The notes below the pieces were generated by a model that was not told the origin of the DNA, made no database searches, and saw only the letters and a list, made by a program, of their open reading frames with translations. Source: an uncultured Pseudomonadales bacterium (GTDB taxonomy: Bacteria > Patescibacteriota > Microgenomatia > UBA1400 > PJMF01). Taken from it: 64,000 bases of DNA. This document shows, in pieces, positions 18,602-27,639 of this stretch. How positions within the stretch are numbered: the stretch's first letter is position 1; every line of letters starts with the position of its first letter. The stretch is from NCBI GenBank assembly GCA_964433225.1, contig CAYSQA010000001.1, positions 55,598-119,597 of the forward strand, given 5' to 3'. A program made the translations under genes and the position numbers.

Positions 18602-20017
18602 TTACTTTTTAGTAATTTCTTGACCCGTTACTCCATCTTTAACTTGATAACCAAATTGTTCTAGCTGGTTTCTCAACTCATCTGCTAACTGCCAATTTTG
18701 GGTCATTCTAGCGTTAACTCTTTCGTTTGCTAATTCTTGAATATTTTCTGGTAAAGTCTCTTCTACTAAAAGATCTATTCTTGCCAGCCCCAACCCCAGA
18801 ATTTCGTCAAAACTAAGCAATAAACGATACTTCTGTTGAGCTAACAAATCACTTGCTAACACTTCCCACATCAACGCCACTGCCTCTGGTGTATGCAGAT
18901 CGTTTTCAATGGCAGTAAAAAATCTTTTTTTAAACTCTTGTTCTTTGGCTAAAGCTTCAGCAGTTGGTTCAACCTCAGTTTCTTTATCTTTGATTAATTT
19001 TCTGATTTTGTCAGTTAGTTTTTCCCAAGAAACTTGAGCCCCCTCCATATTATCCCAAGTAAAATTCATTTCAGAACGATAGTGAGCTGAGAGTAATAAA
19101 AGTCTAAAAGCCATAGGGTCATAACCTTTTTTCTCTAAATCATCTAGAGTAAAAAAGTTATTAAGCGACTTACTCATTTTTTGACCTTCGACCGACAAAA
19201 AGTTGTGATGAACCCAATATTTAACAAAAGGTTTTTTCCCTGTAGCTGCCTCACTTTGAGCAATCTCATTAGTGTGATGAACTGGAATATGATCAATACC
19301 ACCAGTATGAATGTCGATCTGCTCACCCAAGTGCTCCATGCTAATTGCTGAACATTCAATATGCCAACCGGGAAAACTCCTAGGACTCCAAGGGCTTGCC
19401 CAAGCCATAGCCCTGTTTTCACCGGCTCGTTCGAACTTCCACAAAGCAAAATCTGTGGAATTTTTCTTTCCGGCTACTTTCTCTACTCTAGCCCCTTCTT
19501 GCAAATGTTCTCGATCTAAGTGGGCTAATTTGCCATAATCAGACAGCTTACTGGTATCAAAATAAACTCCATCATCCGGAATAACATAAGTGAAACCCTT
19601 TTCTTCCAGTTTTTTGACTAGCTCTAGTTGATTTTGAATATTCTCGGTCACTCTACTGGTAATATTTGGCCTGACATTTCCAATTTTATCCATACTGTGA
19701 TGAAAATAGTCTTCAAACTTTCTAGCAATATCCCAAGCAGTCATGCCATATTTTTTGGCACCTTTTTCTAATTTATCCTCACCTGTGTCGGCATCTGAAG
19801 ACAAATGACCAACATCAGTAATATTACGCACAAACTTCACTTCATAACCAGCATGACGTAAAGCTCTCACCAAAACATCATCCATAGTATATTTTCTGAC
19901 GTGACCAATATGAGTGTAGTCATAAACAGTAGGACCACAAGCATAAAGCGTCACTAAATCAGGATTTCTGGGAGAAAATTCTTCTACTTTTCTGGAAAGA
20001 GTGTTGTAGAGTTTCAT
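18602..20017 (-). CDS. cysS: cysteinyl-tRNA synthetase
   Basis: Class I HIGH (YTHIGHVR) and KMSKS. Zinc-binding Cys (CGPTVYD). Confidence 0.9.
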   Translation of the reverse strand: MKLYNTLSRKVEEFSPRNPDLVTLYACGPTVYDYTHIGHVRKYTMDDVLVRALRHAGYEVKFVRNITDVGHLSSDADTGEDKLEKGAKKYGMTAWDIARKFEDYFHHSMDKIGNVRPNITSRVTENIQNQLELVKKLEEKGFTYVIPDDGVYFDTSKLSDYGKLAHLDREHLQEGARVEKVAGKKNSTDFALWKFERAGENRAMAWASPWSPRSFPGWHIECSAISMEHLGEQIDIHTGGIDHIPVHHTNEIAQSEAATGKKPFVKYWVHHNFLSVEGQKMSKSLNNFFTLDDLEKKGYDPMAFRLLLLSAHYRSEMNFTWDNMEGAQVSWEKLTDKIRKLIKDKETEVEPTAEALAKEQEFKKRFFTAIENDLHTPEAVALMWEVLASDLLAQQKYRLLLSFDEILGLGLARIDLLVEETLPENIQELANERVNARMTQNWQLADELRNQLEQFGYQVKDGVTGQEITKK

Positions 20018-20106
20018 AATTTTTTAGCTAGCTTTTATTGTGATTAATGGTGAGAGATATCATACCGTAAAAACAAACAATCTGGAACGAAATAAGTCAC
20101 AAAAAA

Positions 20107-20751
20107 CTAGTTAGCACTCTGAACTTTACCAATAGTCTGTCGATTTTGTTGAATTAACTGTGCTGTTTGTTGCTTCTTGGAACCAGCTGGCCCCACCGCT
20201 CCTTTTTTGGGGCTAGATGGTGGCGCAATCGAAGACTGCTTAGCAGCCTCTTCTTTTTGTTTCTGAGCTTGCTTGGCTTCCTCTTCAGCTTTCTGCCGCT
20301 GCATTTTCTCATGGTATTTTTTTTGAGCTACTTGTTTTTGCTCATCAGTAAGTTTGTTGAATCTTTCTAAAACTGATTGCTTTTGTTGTTTTTCTGCTGG
20401 AGTATCCTCGTTTTTAATCTCTAGTAAACTATGAAGACTAAAAAACCCTTTCAGTTCATCAAGCACATCTTTAACTGCTCTTTTGCCTTCTTCTTTAATG
20501 GTATCAACTTCTCTTGGCGGTTGTTTTTGGTGTGGTGTTTCCTGAGAAACACCACCTTGTTGAATGGCTGAACCACCAGTCGTTTGTTGAGCTGCATTGC
20601 TGGTTTGTTGAGTCAATTGATGTTGTTGAGAAGCTCCAGCTAAAGCCTGTTGTTCTAGGTGTTCTTCATTAAAATGGCCAAATCCAGAACGAAAGCCTCC
20701 TCCTTGCCTAGCAGCCATCCCTGGTTTTGATCCTGGCCCCGAACTCATCAT
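20107..20751 (-). CDS. hypothetical low-complexity Q/K/E/A-rich protein
   Basis: 214 aa with strongly biased composition. Directly follows the 116-aa acidic ORF (overlapping start/stop). Confidence 0.45.
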   Translation of the reverse strand: MMSSGPGSKPGMAARQGGGFRSGFGHFNEEHLEQQALAGASQQHQLTQQTSNAAQQTTGGSAIQQGGVSQETPHQKQPPREVDTIKEEGKRAVKDVLDELKGFFSLHSLLEIKNEDTPAEKQQKQSVLERFNKLTDEQKQVAQKKYHEKMQRQKAEEEAKQAQKQKEEAAKQSSIAPPSSPKKGAVGPAGSKKQQTAQLIQQNRQTIGKVQSAN

Positions 20752-20752
20752 T

Positions 20753-21103
20753 TTAAACCTTGGTATGTCCCAACTGTCTAATTTGGTACTGACTCTGTTC
20801 CTCTTGTTGATGGTGTTCTGTCTCGACTCGTTGTTCGTTTTGGGCTAATCTGGCCTGTTCTTGGGGAGTGTCACTAATTTTTTTCAAATTTTCAATTTGA
20901 GACTTAAGTTCTTCGGCATCTCTTTGCTTTTGCTGTTCTTCCAAAGCAATTATTTCTTGTTTTTTTTGTTCTTCGGCCACTGCTTCTGCTTGTTGCGACT
21001 CTTGGTTGTCACCAGCAAGTGGTTGATTAGCTCCAGCTCCCTTAGAATCTTGGAGTAGTTCTTCTAAAGCAGCTAATGGGTCTTGTTGTTGTGAATCTGA
21101 CAT
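20753..21103 (-). CDS. hypothetical acidic E/Q-rich protein
   Basis: 116 aa, compositional bias. Downstream of hpf in the same orientation. Confidence 0.4.
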   Translation of the reverse strand: MSDSQQQDPLAALEELLQDSKGAGANQPLAGDNQESQQAEAVAEEQKKQEIIALEEQQKQRDAEELKSQIENLKKISDTPQEQARLAQNEQRVETEHHQQEEQSQYQIRQLGHTKV

Positions 21104-21179
21104 ATGTATCTACGATACTAAAGAGCTTGCCCCAGAACAAGGAGCTAATCAAATTTTGCCAGCTAAAAACTTGCTTAAA

Positions 21180-21530
21180 CTATTCTTCTAAATCTCTAAC
21201 CATCTCCCGCTGTCTTTTTCTGAGTCTAGTAACTTGCTTTTCTTTTCTTTTTCTCACTTGTCTTAAGACATCTTGGGAAACCTCTATTACAGCCTGATAA
21301 AGATCATAGGCATGACTTTTAACAGAAACTTTTTTCTTACCCTTAATCTCAACATCTACTACGGCTGTTGCCCGATGTGGGTCACTATCTTTTCTAGCAA
21401 TATTTTCCAAAAATACCCTCACTTGTCTAATTGGCACACCTAACTTTTCAACTTTGATGAGTTGATTTTTAATAAAAGAACGTAGGGCCTGAGAAGCTTC
21501 TCCATTTTTGGCTTGAACAATAATGTCCAT
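21180..21530 (-). CDS. hpf: ribosome hibernation-promoting factor (RaiA/HPF family, short form)
   Basis: MDIIVQAKN...GVPIRQVRVFLE...ATAVVDVEIKGKK pattern typical of HPF. Start moved to the internal Met (MDIIVQ). Confidence 0.75.
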   Translation of the reverse strand: MDIIVQAKNGEASQALRSFIKNQLIKVEKLGVPIRQVRVFLENIARKDSDPHRATAVVDVEIKGKKKVSVKSHAYDLYQAVIEVSQDVLRQVRKRKEKQVTRLRKRQREMVRDLEE

Positions 21531-21576
21531 TACATTCCTTTCTGGCTCCCGATCCAACCGTTAATCGAGAACAAAA

Positions 21577-21615
21577 AAACCGACCCTTTCTCAATCGAGA
21601 AAAAATCGGCATATT
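21577..21615 (-). terminator. probable terminator after recR (hairpin + T7 on minus strand)
   Basis: Minus strand GCCGATTTTTTCTCGATTGAGAAAGGGTCGG followed by TTTTTTT. Confidence 0.45.
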
Positions 21616-21656
21616 TTCACTACTCGGCTGTTAACCATGTTGTACTAATCAGTATA

Positions 21657-22274
21657 TCACGAAGCTACTTCTCTTCTACCCTCCAAAGCTCTGGCCAAAG
21701 TTACGCCATCTGCATACTCAATATCGGCACCAATGGGCAAACCATGACCAATTCTAGTAATTTTAATCTGGCTAATTGCCGGTTGGCTACTTTTTTTAAT
21801 CAATTCAGTCAGATAGAGAGCAGTGGCCTCCCCTTCCATAGTGGGATTAGTGGCTAAAATTAGCTCTTCCACCCCCTCCAAACGCTTGAGAATATCTTTT
21901 AAATAAAGTTGATCTGGTCCAATATTATTTAAAGGAGAAATCGCCCCATGAAGCACATGATATTGACCAGCAAAAATATCCGATCTTTCTATCGCCAGTA
22001 AATCTAGTGGTTGCTCTACTACACACATCACTTGTTTATTTCTAGTTTCATCAGCACAAATTGAGCAAGGTGATTTTTCCGCCACATTGTGACACTGTTC
22101 ACACATCACGGTATTTTTTTTCAAGGCAACAAGCTTGTCAGCAAAATCAGTTAACTCATGATCAGGATTATGAAGTAAATAAAAAACTAATCTCTGAGCA
22201 GACTTTGGACCAATGCCAGGTAAACGTTCAAATTTTTCAATTAATCTAGTAACTGCTTTGGGAAGTTTTTGCAT
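21657..22274 (-). CDS. recR: recombination protein RecR
   Basis: HhH (LPGIGPKSAQRL), C4 zinc finger (CEQCHN...CSIC), Toprim. Confidence 0.9.
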   Translation of the reverse strand: MQKLPKAVTRLIEKFERLPGIGPKSAQRLVFYLLHNPDHELTDFADKLVALKKNTVMCEQCHNVAEKSPCSICADETRNKQVMCVVEQPLDLLAIERSDIFAGQYHVLHGAISPLNNIGPDQLYLKDILKRLEGVEELILATNPTMEGEATALYLTELIKKSSQPAISQIKITRIGHGLPIGADIEYADGVTLARALEGRREVAS

Positions 22275-22279
22275 AAAGC

Positions 22280-22921
22280 TTAGACTAAGTCATCGATTTT
22301 GGCTTTAACTTCTTTCCATAGAGCTTTAGCCACTTGGTCAACATTTTTTTCTGCATTAATAATTCGCCAACGACCTGTTTGGTCCTCTTTAGCCAAAGTT
22401 AAGTAGGCAGTTCTTACTTGTTGGTGAAAATCGGCTGCTTCCAGATCTAACCTGTCCATCTTGCCAGAGTCAGCTCTTCTAGCTAAGCCTGTCTTAACCG
22501 ATACATCCAAAAGCAAGGTTAAATGTGGAACGGTTTTTTGAGTAGAAATATCATTGAGTTTTTCGATTTTACTTCGACCAACACCTCTCACCAAGCCTTG
22601 GTAAACCACACTACTATCACGAGTCCGGTCCATAATTACTACTTTACCAGCTTTCAAGGCCGGAATAACGACTTCTTGGTAAATTTGAGCTCTAGCTGCT
22701 TGAAAAAGCAAAACTTCAGTTAAATCGGTAATACCTTGGTTTTTACTAGATAACACTACTTCTCTGATCTGCTCACTAATCACTGTTCCACCAGGCTCAC
22801 GAACAGCCACTACTTCTCTACCTGCTTGTTCCAGCTTTTCTTTTAAAAGGATAGTTTGAGTTGTTTTTCCACCACCCTCACCACCTTCCAGTGAAATAAG
22901 AATACCCTTAAGATTTTTCAT
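22280..22921 (-). CDS. tmk: thymidylate kinase
   Basis: ISLEGGEGGGKTTQ P-loop. DRTRDSSVVYQG (DRY/LID region). Confidence 0.88.
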   Translation of the reverse strand: MKNLKGILISLEGGEGGGKTTQTILLKEKLEQAGREVVAVREPGGTVISEQIREVVLSSKNQGITDLTEVLLFQAARAQIYQEVVIPALKAGKVVIMDRTRDSSVVYQGLVRGVGRSKIEKLNDISTQKTVPHLTLLLDVSVKTGLARRADSGKMDRLDLEAADFHQQVRTAYLTLAKEDQTGRWRIINAEKNVDQVAKALWKEVKAKIDDLV

Positions 22922-22939
22922 AACCTCCCCACTCTATAT

Positions 22940-24031
22940 TTATTCAGCTTCAAAAACAACAACCTCTTTTTGGGTAAGTGTTGCCCTTTTAGTCTCTGCC
23001 CAATCTTCAATTTGGCGCAAAATATTCATTGCCGGCATGCCAGAAATTTGAAAAATAACCAAAAACTTAAAAAAAGCTGGATCGGTTTCCTTGATTGTTG
23101 CTAAAACCTGTTGACTTTCTTTGTCTAAAGAAGAAAAAATCTCTTCAGCAGACTCCCAATTTTGATTTTGTTGAGAAGCTCCCCCACCACCCTGGTCAAA
23201 CACCGGCCGATAGTTAGCAAAAAATTCTTCATCAATAGTACTCTTAATTATGGCCTGCCAAATCCTAACTAACTCTTCATCACCAGTACTTAATAACTCT
23301 AGAATAGCGATCGCATTAGTATGAACTAAATCAAAACCCTCAATAAAGTTTTCTTTGGTGTAAGCTGCAAAAAAACTAGCCTCTTGCCAACTAAAAACTT
23401 TTTCTCCTAGTTTTCTAATAAGATCTATCTTGGAGTTCATTAACCAATTTTGCTGGGGATAATCCTGGTGATTCATTGGTTTACCAAGCCCATCTTCTCC
23501 ATTAGAAATCTCACCATTTTTATCTCTGTCCAAAAAATCTACGGTGTCAGTTGAAACAATCAAAACATTTCTACCTTTATAGTCTCTTTGACCTGACATC
23601 CATAAAGCTTTGTTGACTGCTTCTGCCTTGGGATTATTACCCGCTGTTTCTCCAGCGGCAGCAGATTCAGCAAACACTGGTACTCCATGAAATTCTCCCA
23701 AAAAAGTCTTGCCTTTTAATGAACCATCACCATTATAAATCGAGCGAACAATGAATTCTTGAAAGTCCATTGCCTCTTTAAGAGGCACCTCGATCCTATT
23801 AAGGACCACACTCAACATAAAAGCTTTTCTGGTACTACCAGTAGCAATAATGATTTCTTCAGGCGCCTTTTTTCCCCAAAAATCAACTTCAGGGATTAAC
23901 TCTCCTGGGTTAACTAATGCTGTTGCTCCTTTGCCAGCCAAAATATCTTTAACTAGGTTATAAAAGGGATGATCAACTTCTCGCCAATTTTCTGGAAAAG
24001 CCGGTGTCGCTGGTAATTTTTCTTTACTCAC
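22940..24031 (-). CDS. Maf-like nucleotide pyrophosphatase domain fused to a C-terminal domain of unknown function
   Basis: N-terminal ~190 aa show Maf/Ham1-like blocks (IIIATGSTRKAFMLSVVLNRIEV; VLIVSTDTVDFLDRD). C-terminal ~170 aa not recognised. Confidence 0.5.
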   Translation of the reverse strand: MSKEKLPATPAFPENWREVDHPFYNLVKDILAGKGATALVNPGELIPEVDFWGKKAPEEIIIATGSTRKAFMLSVVLNRIEVPLKEAMDFQEFIVRSIYNGDGSLKGKTFLGEFHGVPVFAESAAAGETAGNNPKAEAVNKALWMSGQRDYKGRNVLIVSTDTVDFLDRDKNGEISNGEDGLGKPMNHQDYPQQNWLMNSKIDLIRKLGEKVFSWQEASFFAAYTKENFIEGFDLVHTNAIAILELLSTGDEELVRIWQAIIKSTIDEEFFANYRPVFDQGGGGASQQNQNWESAEEIFSSLDKESQQVLATIKETDPAFFKFLVIFQISGMPAMNILRQIEDWAETKRATLTQKEVVVFEAE

Positions 24032-24372
24032 AAATTTTATCTATAAACACAACATGTTGTGTTTGAGTAACACAAAGCGCTACTACTACTTGTATCTATG
24101 GTGATTATTCATACAGGAAAAAAAAACAGCACACAATACAAAGAATTCCCAAAAATAAAAAATTGATTTATAAATAAAAAAACTAAGATCAACAGATCAG
24201 TCTTTTCTTGTTAAAAGAACAAAAAAAGTGTTTATTGAAAAAAATAAAACTAAAAAAATTACCACCACACCCCTCTTCCCCCGTGGGTAAGTGTCTCACC
24301 TCAAACTGAATCAAAACTGACAATCCAACTAGCCAGTTATTTTTTATCACAGAAACCAAAGTAAACACGAAG

Positions 24373-24801
24373 TTACTTGCCAGTACTCCCAAAACCGCCT
24401 CTATTTTCAGCTCCAAATTGATCAAGCTCTTCAAACTCGACGCTCTCTCTAGACATAATAATCATCTGCACCAATCTATCTCCTTTTTTAACCACAACGT
24501 CTTGATCAGTAAAATTGAGTAAAGCTGCTTTGTATTCGTCGCCATCTCCTCGATAATCATAATCACCCACCCCAATCCCGTTCGCTACCATCAAACCCAT
24601 CTTATGAAGTGAGCTCCTGGCAGATAATAAAGCCCAGTGGTCTACTGGTAATTGGATAGCAATATTTAATGGCACTAACTTTACTTGATGAGCTGGAATA
24701 AGTGTCTCTTCTCTGGCATAGAGATCAAAAGCAGCGGCTCCCTCAGTTTTGTATTCTGGCAAAGGCAAACTTTTATCAAAACGCTTAATTAAAACCTTCA
24801 T
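24373..24801 (-). CDS. dut: dUTP diphosphatase
   Basis: dUTPase motifs (AAAFDLYA, LLSARSSL, GVGDYDYRG, RGGFGSTG). Start set to the internal Met (MKVLIK), giving a 4-nt overlap with the upstream gene. Confidence 0.85.
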   Translation of the reverse strand: MKVLIKRFDKSLPLPEYKTEGAAAFDLYAREETLIPAHQVKLVPLNIAIQLPVDHWALLSARSSLHKMGLMVANGIGVGDYDYRGDGDEYKAALLNFTDQDVVVKKGDRLVQMIIMSRESVEFEELDQFGAENRGGFGSTGK

Positions 24802-25394
24802 CTTGTTTCCTTTCCTCTGGCTCGCCACTCTTGAAGCAGCGTTCCTTGATTATTGAGGGGCTTTTCCTGAGCCAGTTTAAAACTATCAGCCAAAACTTGC
24901 TCTAAATCTTGACCAGCAAACAAAGGAATTCCCTCACCAAGCTTCACGCTAGTTTCCCTAGTTAAATATAATGTCTCTAATAAACCTGCCAATAAAAATT
25001 GAGTGTAAATACTGGTTCCACCACAAATAGCCAGCTCACTAAAACCAAGCTCTTTGGCATCCTGCTCGGCCTTAGCTAATAACTCTGCCGGGGCTAGGTT
25101 TGTGTACTCCAATTTAGCAAGTGGATATTGACTTTCAGCCTGCCACTTGACTGGATCACCAGTCAAAACATAGTTCTTTCTGTTGGGTAACGGTGTATAA
25201 GGTCTTCGAGTCGCCCCAAAAGTCTTTCTCCCCATCACAATTGCTCCAGCTTGCTCAGTTCTAGTCCAAAACCACTCACTATCTTCCTTACTAGTCCATT
25301 CCATCGAGTTGTGAGCTTCATCACGACCCAAAAAACCATCACCACTTAAAGCCGCAATTAAAAAAACATTCACTTTGACCCTCCTTTTTTCCAC
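24798..25394 (-). CDS. dihydrofolate-reductase-family protein (FolA/RibD-C-like)
   Basis: VFLIAALSGDGFLG...AIVMGRKTFGATRRPYTPLPNRKNYVLT matches the DHFR fingerprint. Lies in the thyA/dut/tmk neighbourhood. Confidence 0.65.
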   Translation of the reverse strand: MEKRRVKVNVFLIAALSGDGFLGRDEAHNSMEWTSKEDSEWFWTRTEQAGAIVMGRKTFGATRRPYTPLPNRKNYVLTGDPVKWQAESQYPLAKLEYTNLAPAELLAKAEQDAKELGFSELAICGGTSIYTQFLLAGLLETLYLTRETSVKLGEGIPLFAGQDLEQVLADSFKLAQEKPLNNQGTLLQEWRARGKETR

Positions 25395-26125
25395 TCTGCA
25401 TTCATTAACACTGGAGCATAAACATCATCTGCTAACTCAATGACTAGCTCTTGTAGTTCTTGAGCTGTGGGCGGTCTGTCTTGCCAGACAATTGGTTGAT
25501 GAAAATCAGTTACTACTGCCAAAGGTCGTTGTTCATTGCCTTCCCCCATCTCAAACACACCAGCAATCGCCACTGCTTCTGCTACCTGAATTTGAGTCAT
25601 TTCCAGTTTTTTACCAAAAATATCTTTGCCCCCTCTTTTATCGATCAAAGCCTTAAAGCCACAGTGGGAAATCGCTGTCCCAGTCACTCCCCAACGAAGA
25701 GGCATGGTTTTACTATCAGTCACTACTATTCCTAATTTTCTGACTTTAAATGTTTTTCTTAAGTATTGCCAAAGTTCATTAGTTACTTGTTGTAAGTTCT
25801 CTGGCCAAAGAATATATTTACCAGCTGAATTTGACTCATCTATACCAGCATTAACTGCTAATAACGAGTTTTTAATCGTTAACATCACTCCATATTTAGA
25901 AAGATTTGGCTCCAAATATAAATCTGCTTCATTTCTAGCTAATTGCTGTTTTTCAGTCCTAGTACCTTGCTGAATATTGGCTGTGCGTTGTTGAGCAAAA
26001 CTAATAATTTTCGACGTAACTACAACAATAGTTTCTTCCTCTAAAGAGCCGACCTGATCTTTAATAAAAGAAAAAAGGTCGTCACCAAACTGAAAAATAT
26101 TTGTTCTAATAGCCCTTACTTTCAT
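25370..26125 (-). CDS. CofE-like (F420-0:gamma-glutamyl ligase family) protein
   Basis: 251 aa. LLAVNAGIDESN and TDSKTMPLRWG blocks typical of the CofE fold. No other F420 genes in the window. Confidence 0.5.
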   Translation of the reverse strand: MKVRAIRTNIFQFGDDLFSFIKDQVGSLEEETIVVVTSKIISFAQQRTANIQQGTRTEKQQLARNEADLYLEPNLSKYGVMLTIKNSLLAVNAGIDESNSAGKYILWPENLQQVTNELWQYLRKTFKVRKLGIVVTDSKTMPLRWGVTGTAISHCGFKALIDKRGGKDIFGKKLEMTQIQVAEAVAIAGVFEMGEGNEQRPLAVVTDFHQPIVWQDRPPTAQELQELVIELADDVYAPVLMNAEWKKGGSK

Positions 26126-26195
26126 CTTGTTCAGATTGTACCGTAAAAAAGTATATTTTTAATGGGTTATCAGTTACAATCTGCTCATTCAGTCT

Positions 26196-26771
26196 ATGAC
26201 AAAAAAACAAAATGGCCATAAAATTGCCAGAGATTACCAACTAGTTGCTGATTACGTCAAACAACAACGTCAAAGAAACAAAAAAATAGTTTTAACTCAA
26301 GGCTCTTTTGATATGCTCCATATTGGTCATGCTAGATACTGCAAAGAAGCCAAAAGCTATGGCAACATCTTGATTGTGGGGGTTGATAGTGACCAAAAAA
26401 TCAAAGCCAGAAAAGGCGAAGATCGACCGATTGTTCCTGAAGATGAAAGACTTGAAATGCTCACTTATCTAGCTTCGGTTGACTTAGTTGTTCTTAAAAA
26501 ACTCACCGCTCCCAAATGGGAATTAATTAAAATCATTAAACCAGACGTACTTATTGCTACCAAAGAAACCTACAAACCTGACCAGATTGCCAAACTAGAA
26601 AAAATTTGTGGCCAAGTAGTAATCTTAGATCCCATGGCAGTAACTTCTACCAGTGCCAAAATTAGATTGCTACAAATGGGTGCAGCCAAAAAAATCAAAT
26701 CTGTACTAACCAATAAATTAATTAACACTATTGAGGAGGTTCTCAGTGAACTCAAAGGCGAAAAAAAGTAG
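26196..26771 (+). CDS. small cytidylyltransferase-fold nucleotidyltransferase (RfaE-II / TagD / RibL-like)
   Basis: LTQGSFDMLHIGHARY (GxFDxxHxGH). 191 aa. Confidence 0.65.
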   Translation: MTKKQNGHKIARDYQLVADYVKQQRQRNKKIVLTQGSFDMLHIGHARYCKEAKSYGNILIVGVDSDQKIKARKGEDRPIVPEDERLEMLTYLASVDLVVLKKLTAPKWELIKIIKPDVLIATKETYKPDQIAKLEKICGQVVILDPMAVTSTSAKIRLLQMGAAKKIKSVLTNKLINTIEEVLSELKGEKK

Positions 26772-27612
26772 CTTGAGCTTAGTGAGCTATGTTCCAGTTC
26801 TACACCAAGGCTATCTGGATTTTTTTATTAAAAATATCAAAAAAAATAACATTACTGAACTCTGGCTTATTAGTAATCAGTTAGCTCATGAACTAAGAGC
26901 TTTACAAAAAGATATTCGAGCAATCGATGTCAATCTTACCAAAGACTTAATCGAAACATTAAGATTATTTAAATCAGTCAAGATCTTAAACCAGGATAAT
27001 TTAAAAAATTTACAATCTTCTCAAAATGCCTTGATTTTTTCTGACGAGACTCTAAGCCACCATTTGGTAACTAAATATTTTGCTAAAAAAAAGGTTTCTT
27101 TTGACTCTACTTTTTTGATGTGGGATGAAAGATCATCAGTAAAAAAGGTTGATTTATCAAAATATAAAGTCAAAAAGAACAAAAAAAATATTCTTGAGAT
27201 TGTAGCCAAAGCCAATGCGGAAAAAACCCAAAGCGAAGATTGGTGGCGACACGTTGGAGCGGTTGCTTTTAGAGACTCAAAAATCATTTTGATCCACCAC
27301 AACCAACATGTGCCAACCGAATATCAAACAGCTTATGAAGGTGACCCCAGAGCTAATTTTCATAAGGGTGAATACCTAAAAGTTTCAACGGCGATTCACG
27401 CTGAAGCTTTACTCATTGCAGATGCGGCCAAACAAGGCATCTCTCTCGATGGGGCTGAGCTTTTAGTCACTACTTTTCCCTGTCCTGTGTGTGCCAAACA
27501 AATTGCTTACAGTGGCATTAAAAAACTTTACTTTATCGAGGGCTACAGTGTCTTAGATGGTGAGAGAATCTTGAAAGATAAAGATATTAAGATTGAAAAA
27601 ATTGAGCTCTAA
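26746..27612 (+). CDS. dCMP/cytidine deaminase domain protein with ~150-aa N-terminal extension
   Basis: C-terminal HAE...PCxxC zinc motif (HAEALLIADAA...FPCPVCAKQIA). Start set at GTG 26746, 6 nt after a perfect GAGGAGG Shine-Dalgarno. The listed TTG start at 26731 is less likely. Confidence 0.65.
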   Translation: MNSKAKKSSLSLVSYVPVLHQGYLDFFIKNIKKNNITELWLISNQLAHELRALQKDIRAIDVNLTKDLIETLRLFKSVKILNQDNLKNLQSSQNALIFSDETLSHHLVTKYFAKKKVSFDSTFLMWDERSSVKKVDLSKYKVKKNKKNILEIVAKANAEKTQSEDWWRHVGAVAFRDSKIILIHHNQHVPTEYQTAYEGDPRANFHKGEYLKVSTAIHAEALLIADAAKQGISLDGAELLVTTFPCPVCAKQIAYSGIKKLYFIEGYSVLDGERILKDKDIKIEKIEL

Positions 27613-27639
27613 ATTTTTTATCTAGCTTAGCAAAACAGA

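Noticed and set aside
20107-21103. Considered whether the repetitive Q/E/K-rich region could be a CRISPR array or tandem DNA repeat
   Set aside because: No regular direct repeats with spacers at the nucleotide level. The periodicity is only compositional (codon bias for E, Q, K). No CRISPR array was found anywhere in the window.
24189-24434. 81-aa minus-strand ORF in the dut / Maf-like spacer
   Set aside because: AT-rich, low-complexity translation overlapping the dut 3' end and the palindromic/regulatory spacer. No RBS.
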